DNA of 49,956 bases, from NCBI RefSeq assembly GCF_001194135.2, contig NC_068981.1:70767515-70817470 (forward strand), in the 5' to 3' direction. The position numbers were made by a program, and so were the translations under genes. This document shows positions 24,046 through 36,060 of the stretch, in pieces. This DNA is from Octopus bimaculoides (lineage: Eukaryota). Within the stretch, counting starts at the first letter, position 1. Each line of letters begins with the position of its first letter. Under the pieces are notes generated by a model. It saw only the letters and a program-made list of their open reading frames with translations, made no database searches and had not been told where the DNA came from.

Positions 24046-26178
24046 CCTAAATTATTGATTGTTATGTATATTTACTAACAATATAATATTCTAATATTTT
24101 GATTATATATACTGCTTAATTTTTGAGCAATTACACCGACACCATGTCCATGCTCCTAATCATTATAGTCATTGCAACTTAACTTTGTAATGATATATTT
24201 ACTTTAAAACGAAAGACAATACTACGCATCATTCTATAGTTAATCAATATTATACCATCTAAAGAAATAAGCAAAATCAATAAACATATATTTCTAGTTT
24301 ATAACTAATATTTACTGAACAATAACTTGTAGCTAACACTGTACTAACGTGACACTTTTAATATTATTTGTTAACATTAATCTCTAAGCTTTGTAAAATA
24401 ATGCAATAGAGAAAAGAAAGTTCCTATCACAAATAAGATGAACGTTAATACCAAAAGTTGTATCGATTGAAATGCACTTAATTTGTTTAAAATTCTTTCA
24501 GGGAAAAAATACAAACATCCAATAATTAAGAAAAGGTATATGCGTGTATTTTGAGTAACTTTTTTATTCAAATATATGTAGATATGTAAAATATCATGCG
24601 AAAACAGATAAGAATTGTTATAGTTGTATGTGTGTATGTATATATGTATGATGAAATGGATGTACATATACGTGTATGTGTGTGTGTGTGAGAGAGAGGG
24701 AGAGAGTTTCACTATATAACATTGTGTAGGTGTATTCTAAGCAAATATATGTTTGTGTATTTTGAAGTAAAAAAAGTAATGGGCGGGAGATATACACTCA
24801 AATAACTATGTGTTTGTTTGTATGTATGCGTATATATACGAATGTGAATGTCTCTTTTGTGTGTGCATGCGTGGCTATCCAATATTGAATTTCTTTTCTA
24901 ATCATATTAATTTAGTGGGTAGAAAAACAAATATCTTATTTATGTTGAAATCTTTCCATAAGTGTTTTACTCTTAAAAAGCACTAATGAAGCTATAGTGT
25001 TTATTATTCATCAAAGAATTGCATATCAATAGTAATTATGAAAGATCACTCCCAGTACATTTCGATAATGAAATGATTACTACAAAAGACAGAAATCAAA
25101 GAGAAAATAATGTTGTGTATTTGTTTGTCAGTTTATAGTTTGCATTATTGCTTTTTATACTCATTTTTCTCATGTTTTGGTATCTATTGTTTCATATCGG
25201 TTTTAATATTTCTTTCGCAGTTGTTAAGAACTCATCAACACAAAGAAATGCGAAATTTATTTACATGATTCTATTGTTTAATTGATTATACTAACCTTTC
25301 CAGTAGAGATGGAATCGTGCCGAATAAATAGATTAATAATACTATGTTTGGGATTTCAGATAGTGTCTCACACCCGAGGGATTGAACTCAGTACTGTATG
25401 CAAGCCAGCTACATCCTTGTAAATAATACAATTCAGCCGATCTCACAGTGGTTATGTATAGCAAATATGGAGACCACGTAAAATGAACTATGTGTACATT
25501 ACCGTCCATAGATATGTATTTCGCTCACAAAAACAACATAATACTACAGACGGGATACGAGATATCCCCTTCGTTGACTATTTGTCCTATATTTATTGAC
25601 TTGCCAGGAGTGCCCATATTGATGGTAGAAAACAAGTTTGATTTTTTTCCTTTCCTGCCTATCCAATACGCAAGATACAAAGTGTCTTTCGGATTTGAAT
25701 TTTGTCACAGATGTCAAGGCATTTAACTTTTCAGAGGTATTAATTTTACATAAAATATGAAACACACTTTATATTGGATATTTGGGAAACTCAACTGAAC
25801 ACATGAAGTTAACTAGCCATTAACCATTACGAATGGTATACTTATGAGATGTGTTGCTCTATATTTCCTGTTTACAACTAGAGTATTGAATCGATGAAAT
25901 TCTCATTATTTTTAACAGTATATGACTTCATATGAGATTTTCTGTTTAATTCCTTATTTGTATTGTGCCGACGCCTCCAGACGATGAAGTAGGCTAGCCC
26001 AATACGTAGATAAAGAGGGAGAAGTCTAGACGTCGAGGTAATTGAGTAGAGCTTTTTGAGTTGTTAATAACGGGGTGTTTTTATCATAAGTCAGAGCGTT
26101 AAATGTATGTTTGTTAATTATTACTGTTCGAATTGTTGGAATTGTTCTTTTATTTTTTCTCTTCCCGTTTGGGGGAAA

Positions 26179-27540
26179 ATGGAGAAAACGCCAGTGGGTG
26201 GCCACAGTTATGCGGCCGCAACTGGAAAAGGAATAGAAGAGGAAACGTTGGAAATAATTGAAATTAAGATAGAACCAAAGAAAATGAAGGATTGTGAGAG
26301 GTTGCTGGAAAAAGTTGGAGATACGTTAAAGTTAACGCCGCCTGCAAAACTGACAAGCAATGTAACAAAAAGAACAGTTGTATTCAAGACAATAAAAATT
26401 GCAACGAGAACGATAGAGATTGTGACAGTGGAGGAAATGGAAGAATGTTTAAAAAGCATAAAAAATTTAACAACATTTATAACAAGAGGAAGGAAGTATG
26501 CCACCGTGGAGGTGCACTTCGCGACAGAGGAAGAAGAAATTAAATACTCCACGGAGGCAATAAGATCGGAGGAGTGGGTGCTTTTTACTTCGTACTGTGG
26601 CAAATGTGTGGCCAGAGTACGAGTAGGCAAAGTAACCCTAGAACTAAACGATACGTGTCTGATAACAGCCATAATGTTCAACATGAAGGATAGGGCCAAA
26701 ATATTGAAGGCCACAAGGACACAAAGAATTAATTACTGGGGATACGGAATTCAGCTCACTATCCAGGCAACAATAGAAGGAGACGGTGCTGCCCGATGAC
26801 TTGATATTGAGAGTGATAGTGGAGGGCAGGCCGCCTATATGTTTTGCATGTGAGGAGAAAGGCCACATGAAGGCGAGGTGCCCACAGAGAGAACAGATGG
26901 AGAAGCGGGAGAGTGCGAACCAGGTAGTACAGGTGGAGATGGAAGAAGAAACAGGGATTCACGGTGGTGGAAAGAAAAAGAAGGAGAAGTGGAAGAGCAA
27001 GCCCGCCGCCGGAGAACCAGAAAAAGAAGAAAGAAGAGGTGGAAATGAAAGCTGCGACCAGAAGGAAGGCAGACAAAAGGGTGGTGGAGAGAGAAAGTGA
27101 AAAAGTGTGCGAGAAGGAGATACAGAAGGAGGAAACAGTGTTAAAGACGCCAGTTGTCCCAGCGAAGGAAAAAGATTCAGGAGTGCAACTGTGCGAGGGT
27201 GAAATAGAGAGATTGTTCAGAGTTGGAAAGGAAAAGGTTCCAGAAGTGGAAGAAGTAAAGAGAAAACCAAGAGGAAAAAATAAATGGAATTTCGTAACAT
27301 ATGCAAAAAGCAAAGAGACAGAAAGAAAAAAAATTTAAATTCAAGCATAACATAAGAGTGAGGTTACCCACGGGTATATATTCCGAAAACGTGAACGCCA
27401 TTGTGGTCGACAAAGACGCATACAAGAGATTGAAAGACATGTGCGGAGACGGGATTGACCCGCTCGGAGTGTTGGTGGAGTTCGAACACCTGGCACCAGT
27501 AGTTGAGCTAAAAGACTTGGAACCTTTCATGAAGTATTAA
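26179..27540 (+). pseudogene. Gag-like ORF1 of an L1/Tx1-type non-LTR element, about 450 aa, three frameshifts
   Basis: SYAAA N-terminal motif, then IVEGRPPI-CFACEEKGHMKARC (CX2CX4HX4C zinc knuckle), GFTVVERKRRR, and a charged C-terminus. Four abutting track ORFs join in register. Confidence 0.8.
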
Positions 27541-27694
27541 AAAGTAAAAAAGTAAGTAAAATTGTTTTGTTGAAAAAAGGGAAAAAATAGAAAATAAGAA
27601 ACAAAAAAGAGAAAAAAAGTAAAAGTGTGTCATGTGAAAAAAAGAGAGAAAAAAAGATGATTAAGAAAAAAAAACAATGGAAAAATTGAACGAT

Positions 27695-27931
27695 TGTAAA
27701 TAGTGTATATAAACGTTCAAATCGTACTGCATGGGAATGGGTCCCATGCAGCCATTTCATTTCTTCATTTTTATATAACGTCTCATTCTCATTCGTTTCG
27801 TGTTTTTTTCCCCCATTGTGGTGTTGCATCTGTCCTTGTAGTGTTCCCTCTGTGTCGTGGCGTAGTGCCAAATAAAGAAATAGTAGCTGAGTAGAGGTCA
27901 TCTGAACGTGCGATATAACAGTGGCGACGAG
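27695..27931 (+). mobile_element. LTR (U5 end) plus primer-binding site of a Gypsy-like LTR retrotransposon
   Basis: AATAAA at 27871, LTR end ..ATAACA at 27920, then G-TGGCGACGAG, complementary to the 3' end of tRNA-Ser(GCU). The left LTR boundary is uncertain. Confidence 0.55.
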
Positions 27932-28209
27932 AATTTCGTACCTCACACAGTCACTGCTTAGTATTGCGATATAACAATTTGTCACTCTAATTTATCCCGT
28001 TTAATATGAAGTACCAAGGGTTATTTCTAATCACTTCTTAGTTTTTCTTTTTGATTATTTTTTTCTTTTTAGCGCTTTCATTGTTTCCTATTCAGTGAGT
28101 GTATGCGTAATAAATATATTGGGATAGATTCCATAGATAGTGATGAATAAATTTTCTTATACATATATGTATCCACACATGCACAGATACAAACACAGTC
28201 ACACGCATA

Positions 28210-28318
28210 TGTCTGCCTTCCTTCTGGTCGCAGCTTTCATTTCCACCTCTTCTTTCTTCTTTTTCTGGCTCCCTGGCAGCGGGCTTGCTCTTCCACTTCT
28301 CCTTCTTTTTCTTTCCAC
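28210..28318 (-). repeat. Inverted copy of 26967-27075 (ORF1 segment), about 96% identical
   Basis: Direct alignment by eye: 4 transitions in about 107 bp. Confidence 0.95.
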
Positions 28319-28344
28319 ACACACACACACACACACACACACAC

Positions 28345-28906
28345 NNNNNNNNNNNNNNNNNNNNNNNNNNNNNNNNNNNNNNNNNNNNNNNNNNNNNNNN
28401 NNNNNNNNNNNNNNNNNNNNNNNNNNNNNNNNNNNNNNNNNNNNNNNNNNNNNNNNNNNNNNNNNNNNNNNNNNNNNNNNNNNNNNNNNNNNNNNNNNNN
28501 NNNNNNNNNNNNNNNNNNNNNNNNNNNNNNNNNNNNNNNNNNNNNNNNNNNNNNNNNNNNNNNNNNNNNNNNNNNNNNNNNNNNNNNNNNNNNNNNNNNN
28601 NNNNNNNNNNNNNNNNNNNNNNNNNNNNNNNNNNNNNNNNNNNNNNNNNNNNNNNNNNNNNNNNNNNNNNNNNNNNNNNNNNNNNNNNNNNNNNNNNNNN
28701 NNNNNNNNNNNNNNNNNNNNNNNNNNNNNNNNNNNNNNNNNNNNNNNNNNNNNNNNNNNNNNNNNNNNNNNNNNNNNNNNNNNNNNNNNNNNNNNNNNNN
28801 NNNNNNNNNNNNNNNNNNNNNNNNNNNNNNNNNNNNNNNNNNNNNNNNNNNNNNNNNNNNNNNNNNNNNNNNNNNNNNNNNNNNNNNNNNNNNNNNNNNN
28901 NNNNNN
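28345..28906. other. Assembly gap
   Basis: N run. Confidence 0.99.
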
Positions 28907-28942
28907 TATATATATATATATATATATATGGGAGAATATACA

Positions 28943-28981
<39 letters not shown>

Positions 28982-28982
<1 letters not shown>

Positions 28983-30080
28983 TAGCAAATGCACCTTTCC
29001 ATTGAACGGTGTAATTTATTATAATGGTGTACTCCTGTTATTGGTGTAAGTTGAATTAGCCTGCAGTTAGAAGTCTTTTCAATTGATAACCATTTTCGTT
29101 AGCAGTTTATGAAGAAATTTAAAACTTTTTTGAGACACAAATTTGGTTTCTTAGTAATAAATAAAAGTTAATGAAATGAGGTCGCAATTGCAGTAGGCAT
29201 TAGGGATCCTATATCTTACTTGAAGTGTTTTGTATCATGTACTTATTTTTATCGTAATGTCTGACACAAGCGCATTGAAACTTTTTTCAATGAAAGTCAT
29301 GTATAATAAAGAAAAACAAACATTTATAGCAAACACGCAAATAGAATAAGGGCATGTACAGAAATGAATGTCAGAGCCCATTTATGAGCGAACAGCATGC
29401 GTGAAGAGGGGTCATTGAAGTTAATGTACTGTTAGCAGTAATCAGGGAAATGAAACACAATATAAATTAAATTTATGCAGGAAGTCTGATTGCTAACGGC
29501 TACAGTTTGGCGTAGATGTGAAGATTACAGTGGAGGAATAGTTATTTCTAGGGCTGCTTTGTAGACGACATTTTTTTGTTTTTCCTTCAGGAGCATAGGT
29601 GAATAAGTTGCCTGGATGACCAACCCTGGAACAACCGACGTAGAACTGTCCATGCGAAAAGCACTATGTTTGACAGTCCAGTCCAACAACTTTCAGCGAC
29701 TGACCTTCTGCTTTGTTAATTGTCATGGCGAAGTTGAGTTTCAGAGGGAACTGAAGTCTCTGCATAGGATAGGGGCAGTCTGTTGGCGTCAGCGGAATTT
29801 TCGGAATGAAAACGGTACCGTTTTTGCCGTGTCCCGTGATAATTTGGGCTTCAATGACGTGGTCCATCATTTGTTTGACAACAAGGCGAGTTCAATTGCA
29901 TAGTGTGGGTGCGTTTAGATTGGGTAGGAGGATGACAGGGCAACCAACTGTTAAGTGAAGTTCATGGGGTGGGAGTCCTGGAGGATCTTCGGTGTTGAGA
30001 AATTCAGTTGGAAATTGTGTAACCTGATCGAGGTCGGTAACGGTGTCAACTGATCTGTAACAACGTTATTGAGAAGTTAG
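28982..30080 (-). mobile_element. Helitron 3' end with PIF1-like helicase C-terminal fragment (about 29540-30062)
   Basis: RSVDTV..FPTEFLNTEDPPGLPPHELHLTVGCPVILLPNLN..LCN*TRLVVKQMMDHVIEAQII..VFIPKIPLTP..RLQFPLKLNFAMTINKAEGQSL..FSHGQFYVGCSRV. The minus strand ends in CTAG/T at 28982, next to (TA)n. Confidence 0.85.
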
Positions 30081-30166
30081 CTGAGTGAGTAAGTCTAGTT
30101 AAGAGTGTTGAGAGTTGCATTTGCAGGTGCAAGAACAGCCCTGTCGCGAAGCCAATCTGGTTTGGT

Positions 30167-30450
30167 GGTTTGCAGTAAATGGACATTGTAAAGACTGTAT
30201 AACTGTCACAGCTTGGTATGGTTACTTTAAATGAAGTGCTAACGTGCAAATATTGGCGGTTTGCAGCAAAGGGACATAGTAAAGACTGTACAGCTGTCAC
30301 AACTTGGCATGAATAAAAGCATATGTATAATATGGATTAATTTCTGAAGGGATTTAAAGAATATTTAAAATGTGCTTTAAATTGCATGGCTACGTGAAGG
30401 AAGTGCTAGTATGCAAATATGGTCGGTCTGCAGTAAATGGGCATTGCAGT
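30167..30450. repeat. About 90-bp degenerate minisatellite (two copies plus a partial third)
   Basis: GGTTTGCAG.AAA.GGACAT.GTAAAGACTGTA.A.CTGTCACA.CTTGG.ATG at 30167 and 30258; partial copy at 30401-30450. Confidence 0.85.
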
Positions 30451-30501
30451 GAGTTACGGTCGGTCACATATACGAATAAACAAACACAAACACACATACA
30501 C

Positions 30502-30537
<36 letters not shown>

Positions 30538-30793
30538 CTTCCGATATAAGGTAGACAGCCAATTTCTGACTGTTACTTCGCAAAGAGTTACCTCTCTTGT
30601 CCACTTTAGAAGGTTTTTCTAAGCGTCTTACCCATTTCTGCGATTCTGACCCTAGACGCTCCCTAACTCCATATTACTCCATAAGTGAAAATGCTAAAGA
30701 ATGTACAACCATCTGTGGAATGTCAGTGATGTATTTGCCAAGCGTGAAGGAAATCGGATGAAAAATGTTGATTTTACGTGAGATCAACCTAAT

Positions 30794-30910
30794 GGTCGGT
30801 CACATATACACACACAAAGTCACACACACACAAACACACACACACATACACACGCACACATACAGACACACACACACACACACATACACACACACACATA
30901 CAGACACACA

Positions 30911-30942
<32 letters not shown>
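30794..30942. repeat. (CA)n-rich tract headed by GGTCGGTCACATATAC
   Basis: The same 16-mer also precedes the (CA)n tract at 30458. Confidence 0.85.
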
Positions 30943-30947
<5 letters not shown>

Positions 30948-31940
30948 CTTCCCCCTCATATATAAATATATATACATAAAGAATGCCTATTTACTTAGAG
31001 TTTTCATAAGGATCAAATTATATCTTGTGGTACTGAATGCTGTGATTCATTGCTTTTCTAATATTTCCCAAAATGTTTCTTGACAGGTTTACATTTTTCC
31101 TACTCTCATATACTTAAATGTTTCTTTTCACTATTGTTATTGCAAAACTTAAGAAGTCCTCTTAATCTCCTAACAGATTCGGTTTTGATATAAGAGAGTC
31201 CAGTACAAAGTTTGAGAGCAACAATCATAACAAGTCAGTTACAACAAGTTGTATACAATTGTTTTGTTTTGTTTTGTTTTGCCTGTATTTTTGTGAAATA
31301 TGGTACAAAATATCAATTAGGCGGGATTTGAGCTCCATTCATTGGGACAGAATTTATTGCAATGTATTTCAATTTTATCTAAAAATATTGAAATCGTAAT
31401 TTTTTTCGAAGAGATGAAATGGTATGCTTATGATATCCATGGTATATTAATATGTAGCAGTATGTAACTAAACTAAACTAAATATTATCCATGATTCAAA
31501 ACTGACCTCAATCTCCTTATGGTGAGAGCTTATCACATACATTAAAATTCTATTGTGAGAAATTGTATTTTTAAATAGGCACAAAAGTCTCATATTTCAT
31601 TCAAACAATAAGGAAATTTATCACTTTCATGTCCGTCGGTGGACATTAACTGCGTAAGTGAATTATCAGATACTTAACTACTGAAAGCAAGTGACCATGA
31701 CTACATTGAATATTCAGTGTTCTGAAATCAGTATTATTCATTTAGAGTAGACATTGCTTTATGTCTCTGAATTTTACGTATAATAGCAAATAATCGAGAG
31801 AAATGCAGGTTCAGTACACAATAGCTAAAGCAATCTTCATAAAGTATCTCATTATACTTGAATTGTATGAGACCCAGTTGGTGAAATGTAAAATAAAACA
31901 TGACTTAGGTTTCAAATTCACAAATGTTTTCCATACCCAT

Positions 31941-31983
<43 letters not shown>

Positions 31984-32000
31984 TGCATTAGATATATATA

Positions 32001-32116
32001 GTTAAATTCTGCCGAGGTCGACTTTGCCTTTCATCCTTTCGAGGTCGATAGATTAAATACCAGTTGAACACTGGGATCGATGTAATCGACCCAACCCCGT
32101 CCCCTAACTTGCTGCA
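32001..32116 (+). mobile_element. SINE family A, 5'-truncated, runs into a gap
   Basis: GCCGAGGTCGACTTTGCCTTTCATCCTTTCGAGGTCGATAGATTAAATACCAG. Confidence 0.85.
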
Positions 32117-32460
32117 NNNNNNNNNNNNNNNNNNNNNNNNNNNNNNNNNNNNNNNNNNNNNNNNNNNNNNNNNNNNNNNNNNNNNNNNNNNNNNNNNNNN
32201 NNNNNNNNNNNNNNNNNNNNNNNNNNNNNNNNNNNNNNNNNNNNNNNNNNNNNNNNNNNNNNNNNNNNNNNNNNNNNNNNNNNNNNNNNNNNNNNNNNNN
32301 NNNNNNNNNNNNNNNNNNNNNNNNNNNNNNNNNNNNNNNNNNNNNNNNNNNNNNNNNNNNNNNNNNNNNNNNNNNNNNNNNNNNNNNNNNNNNNNNNNNN
32401 NNNNNNNNNNNNNNNNNNNNNNNNNNNNNNNNNNNNNNNNNNNNNNNNNNNNNNNNNNNN
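32117..32460. other. Assembly gap
   Basis: N run. Confidence 0.99.
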
Positions 32461-32770
32461 TTGTTTAAGGATGTTGAGCAAAACACCCATGTTTCCAAAG
32501 GTGAATTATTCAAACCCCAAAGAATTTCTCTCAACACATGGCTATGATGCTCCCTCACTACTTCTGCTCATGATCAGAGATGCACATATCGTCAGCCACC
32601 AAGGAACATGCTCAACTGGTTAAGGCCAAATACTGACAAGCAAATCTGTGGTATTAAGCAGAATATTTACTGTAGCCCATCTTTTTATACCAAGACAAAA
32701 CAATGTACATGATAATACTTCCAATCACTTAAGATCAGAAGCCATGGAAGCCACTTCCTGGTACTGCATC
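32461..32770 (-). mobile_element. Abundant octopus-type interspersed repeat (SINE-like); strand from recall
   Basis: CAACACATGGCTATGATGCTCCC..GATCAGAGATGCACATATCGTCAGCCAC..GATCAGAAGCCATGGAAGCCAC recognised from recall; no independent structural proof in this window. Confidence 0.5.
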
Positions 32771-32785
32771 CGTATTATCATTATT

Positions 32786-33012
32786 AGAGCGGCGATCTGG
32801 GAGAATCGTTAGCATGCCTGACAAAATGCTTAGCTTCCTTTCGTCCGTCTTTTTTTCTTTGGTTCAAATTCCGCCGAAGTCTACTTTACTTTCATTTTTT
32901 CAGGGTCGATAAATTAAGTACCAGTGGATTACTGCGGTTGATGTGATCGACCATCCCCACCCTACAAATTCCAGTCCCTGTGCCTTGAGTAGAAACGATT
33001 ATTATTATTATT
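32786..33012 (+). mobile_element. SINE family A, full length with (ATT)n tail
   Basis: GGCGATCTGGGAGAATCGTTAGCA head, GTTCAAATTCC B box, GGGTCGATAAATTAAGTACCAG core, ATTATTATT tail. Confidence 0.85.
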
Positions 33013-33049
33013 GCTATTTACCTTTAATCTACGTGTTTGTTGCAATCAT

Positions 33050-33800
33050 TTACCTAGACGCAGCCAGTGCCCTAGGGCAGGTGAAGGATAAGAGATGCTA
33101 CAGCATGACTGAAAGCCTGGGTAGAGGACGTGGCAGGGGCAGTAGGGAAATATTTCCATATAATACAACACAGACATTGAAATTGATAGAGGTTTTTGAT
33201 GGATGTGCGCAGTATTTGTCAGCACAATCTCTTTTGGATTTTTGTGAGGCATGGTTCTCCTGGGATGTTGTCTAAGTGTTTCTGACATCCCTTTTCTTAA
33301 TCATACTTAAAGCACCTACAATGACAGGAAAGGTTTTGCTTTCAGATGCCTCATCGTTTGTATTTCAATTTCCAGGTCCTTATATTTACTTAATTTTTCA
33401 AATTCCTTTAGAGATATTTATTTTTTCATTGGGGAAACGTACATCTATTAATATATAAGTATTTTCTTCCCTATCTTTAATAATTATGTCTAGTCGTTTA
33501 GTTTAGATTGTTCTGTTAGTGTTGACAGGAAAATCCCAGAGGATAGTGACACTTTTACTTCCAACCACTCTCTCGGGATGATGCTCATATTAGTAAGCAG
33601 GAGTGCCGATTTTGTAGTGTTTACATATTTGCCAATGTAAATAATGTCCTAAACTATCGTGTCCATTTCTATATTCGTTTGCTACCTGCACAGAATATCC
33701 GGAAATGAGATGGTCTATTGTTTCGTCAAATGTGTCGCTCAATCTGCATTTAGGATTAATGCCGTTTTGAAGAACGTTAGGTTTCATCCACATTAGATTT
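33050..33800 (-). mobile_element. R4/Dong-like non-LTR retrotransposon 3' end (CCHC finger plus restriction-like endonuclease), decayed
   Basis: PKCRLSDTFDETIDHLISGY..EYRNGHDSLGHYLHWQICKHY..YEHHPERVV..TILWDFPVNT..RLDIIIKD..LIDV..EFEKLSKYKDLEIEI..PVIVGALSMIKK. Confidence 0.85.
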
Positions 33801-34728
33801 CAGTTCGACATATGTTTCTGCTGCATACGTGTCCTTTCTTCATTCAAAGACAGGGATAAAATAAATATGTACACGTTTTAGTGAGGTAGTCTGGTCATTA
33901 AAGCACAAGGACACTAAATTTGATGTTGTATAGGCGATAATGAGTGAGCTTTGCCATACATTATTGAGATCTCGAAGTCTAGTTTATACTTGGAAGAAAT
34001 GGAAGAAATATTCCATATCTTGAACTCTAACTACTATTCAAGTTAATTCTTTACAATCTCACAATAAACTTGATTCCTCTTTATCATTTTACTATTTTTA
34101 TTTACACTCCAGTTCCTCGTGCTATTGATTCCTGCTAATCTATCTGTTAATCATTTTATTGATTCCTGTTAATCTATTTGTTTATCTTATAAGGTTCATT
34201 CTATTTTTATCAAGTGAGCTCTGTGATGGAAATACATCTTGACTTAGATGAGGCTTCTTCTACAACTAAGTATGTAAGAAATCTTTCCCCTTAAATTCTT
34301 ATAGGTGATTCAAAGTTTAAATGATACCAATATCTTTAGTCATACCGTATTTTATAACAATCTCTATTATCATATATATGAAGTTCTTATGGCTCCTTCA
34401 CCTTAATTATACTTTGAGAAGGATTATCAAATACTGAATTCCTCAGTTCGCTTCACCCACCCGCATGGACACAACCTTGAATAATGCTACGTCGATGCGT
34501 CTACTCAAAGGTGTATAGACTCGTCTACTCTAGATGAACATATACTGCAACTTACCGAACTTGATGCACATAAATGCTACATCAAGGGACACTAAGATAC
34601 TTATGCAACAGAAAAACAAGTCGGACTGAAACCTAGCGAGACTGTAATGTAAATAATATTGTATCAAACAAGTTTTAAGGATGTGTATTACTCCACTCAC
34701 TTTTATAATGTCTTCAATATATACATAC

Positions 34729-34846
<118 letters not shown>

Positions 34847-35229
34847 AATTGACTGGCCAGATCAAACACGTTTAAGGTCTGCCCGTTCGGCCGTTCTTCC
34901 TGGAGGTATTTTAATTAGACGTTATCTAAACGTATTTGTTAAAGATAATGGAGCATGTTTTGCATGTATTTTGGCTAATATTTCGAGCTGATCAAGCAAT
35001 TTTCCTTCTAGTACGATCATGGTAGCGATTTCAAATATAGAATTTTCTTACTCATTTACTTTATTTTCAGCCTTTGGTCTGATGCCATATTGCGACTTCG
35101 TTTTATGGAGTTCGCAGATTACAGTTAAGACTATAATGATCTTTCTAGAATTAATATAGCTTGTGAAATGTAATAATTTCTAATGTGTTGTGAAAAGTAC
35201 TCTTAGACAAAATTCTAATATCTCTATAC

Positions 35230-36060
35230 TTCAGATATTTACATATTTTTCTTTCGATTTAGGAAACTTATAGCAGCAGCAAATTGTTTCGTTGTTAATT
35301 GTTTGATAGACTTAAATGTGAAAATGATCCGATGTGTATCACAATTTAAGATGTGTGATAAAGACTTCCAAATCACTAAAACTATATCGGGGGAAGTTAG
35401 AATGGAAAATTTCGTAAGAATCAGGCAAAACCTTGGCTGTATACTGTTTTCTGATCTATACAGTAGATACATTAAGATCTTCAGATAAGTAGAAGACATT
35501 CCAGAAGTGCCAATATAAAATTTAGAAAACCATCAACATTGGTTATACAGAAGATATTATCTTAACAGCTTACAAATCAAATGACCTACAGAACCTTGGA
35601 AGCACACTCAATGACAAAGCAATGCCGAGTTGAATGCAAATTAAAGAACAGAAAACGAAATGAAAAGCAATCAAGAAAGAATCGCACAAAATAACGCTTC
35701 TAAACTGAAACGTATGATCTGATCAATGATATGGAGCGAAAACATTGACATTAACAACAGTGTTGACCAATAGATGAGAAGACTTCAAGGTAGAGACAAA
35801 TAGAAAGCTTTTGAGAACACCATAGGGAGATTACGCAATCAATAATGAAGTAATAACAATGGCAAAAACTGAAAGCATTTTATTAGACACCATCAAACAA
35901 GGAAATCTATAGTATTTTTGATATTTAATAAGCGAAAGAGGTTTACAGAGAAAATTAAGTATTTCGGTGAATGGTTGAAAACAGACTTAAATTGTTATAC
36001 ATCAGTAGCAAAGTGCAAAGAATGAAGTGATGATCCAAAGTAGTCACGCTGAAGAGAGTG
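35230..36060 (+). mobile_element. RTE-clade LINE RT remnant, heavily decayed
   Basis: RIRQNLGCILFSDLYS..IFR*VEDIP, INIGYTEDIILTA..DLQNL (YADD region), QIKEQKTK, NNEVITMAKTESILLDTIKQ..YF*YLI..GLQR. Confidence 0.65.

Noticed and set aside
26208-27313. Minus-strand ORFs of 168 and 184 aa
   Set aside because: Antisense shadows of the purine-rich gag-like ORF1.
27856-27866. TGGCGTAGT resembling a second tRNA-Ser PBS
   Set aside because: Lies inside the putative LTR and not after a CA end; a 9-nt match can be chance.
35071-35160. Strong acceptor followed by short open frames
   Set aside because: No donor, frames close within 30 codons, and the peptides are not recognisable.
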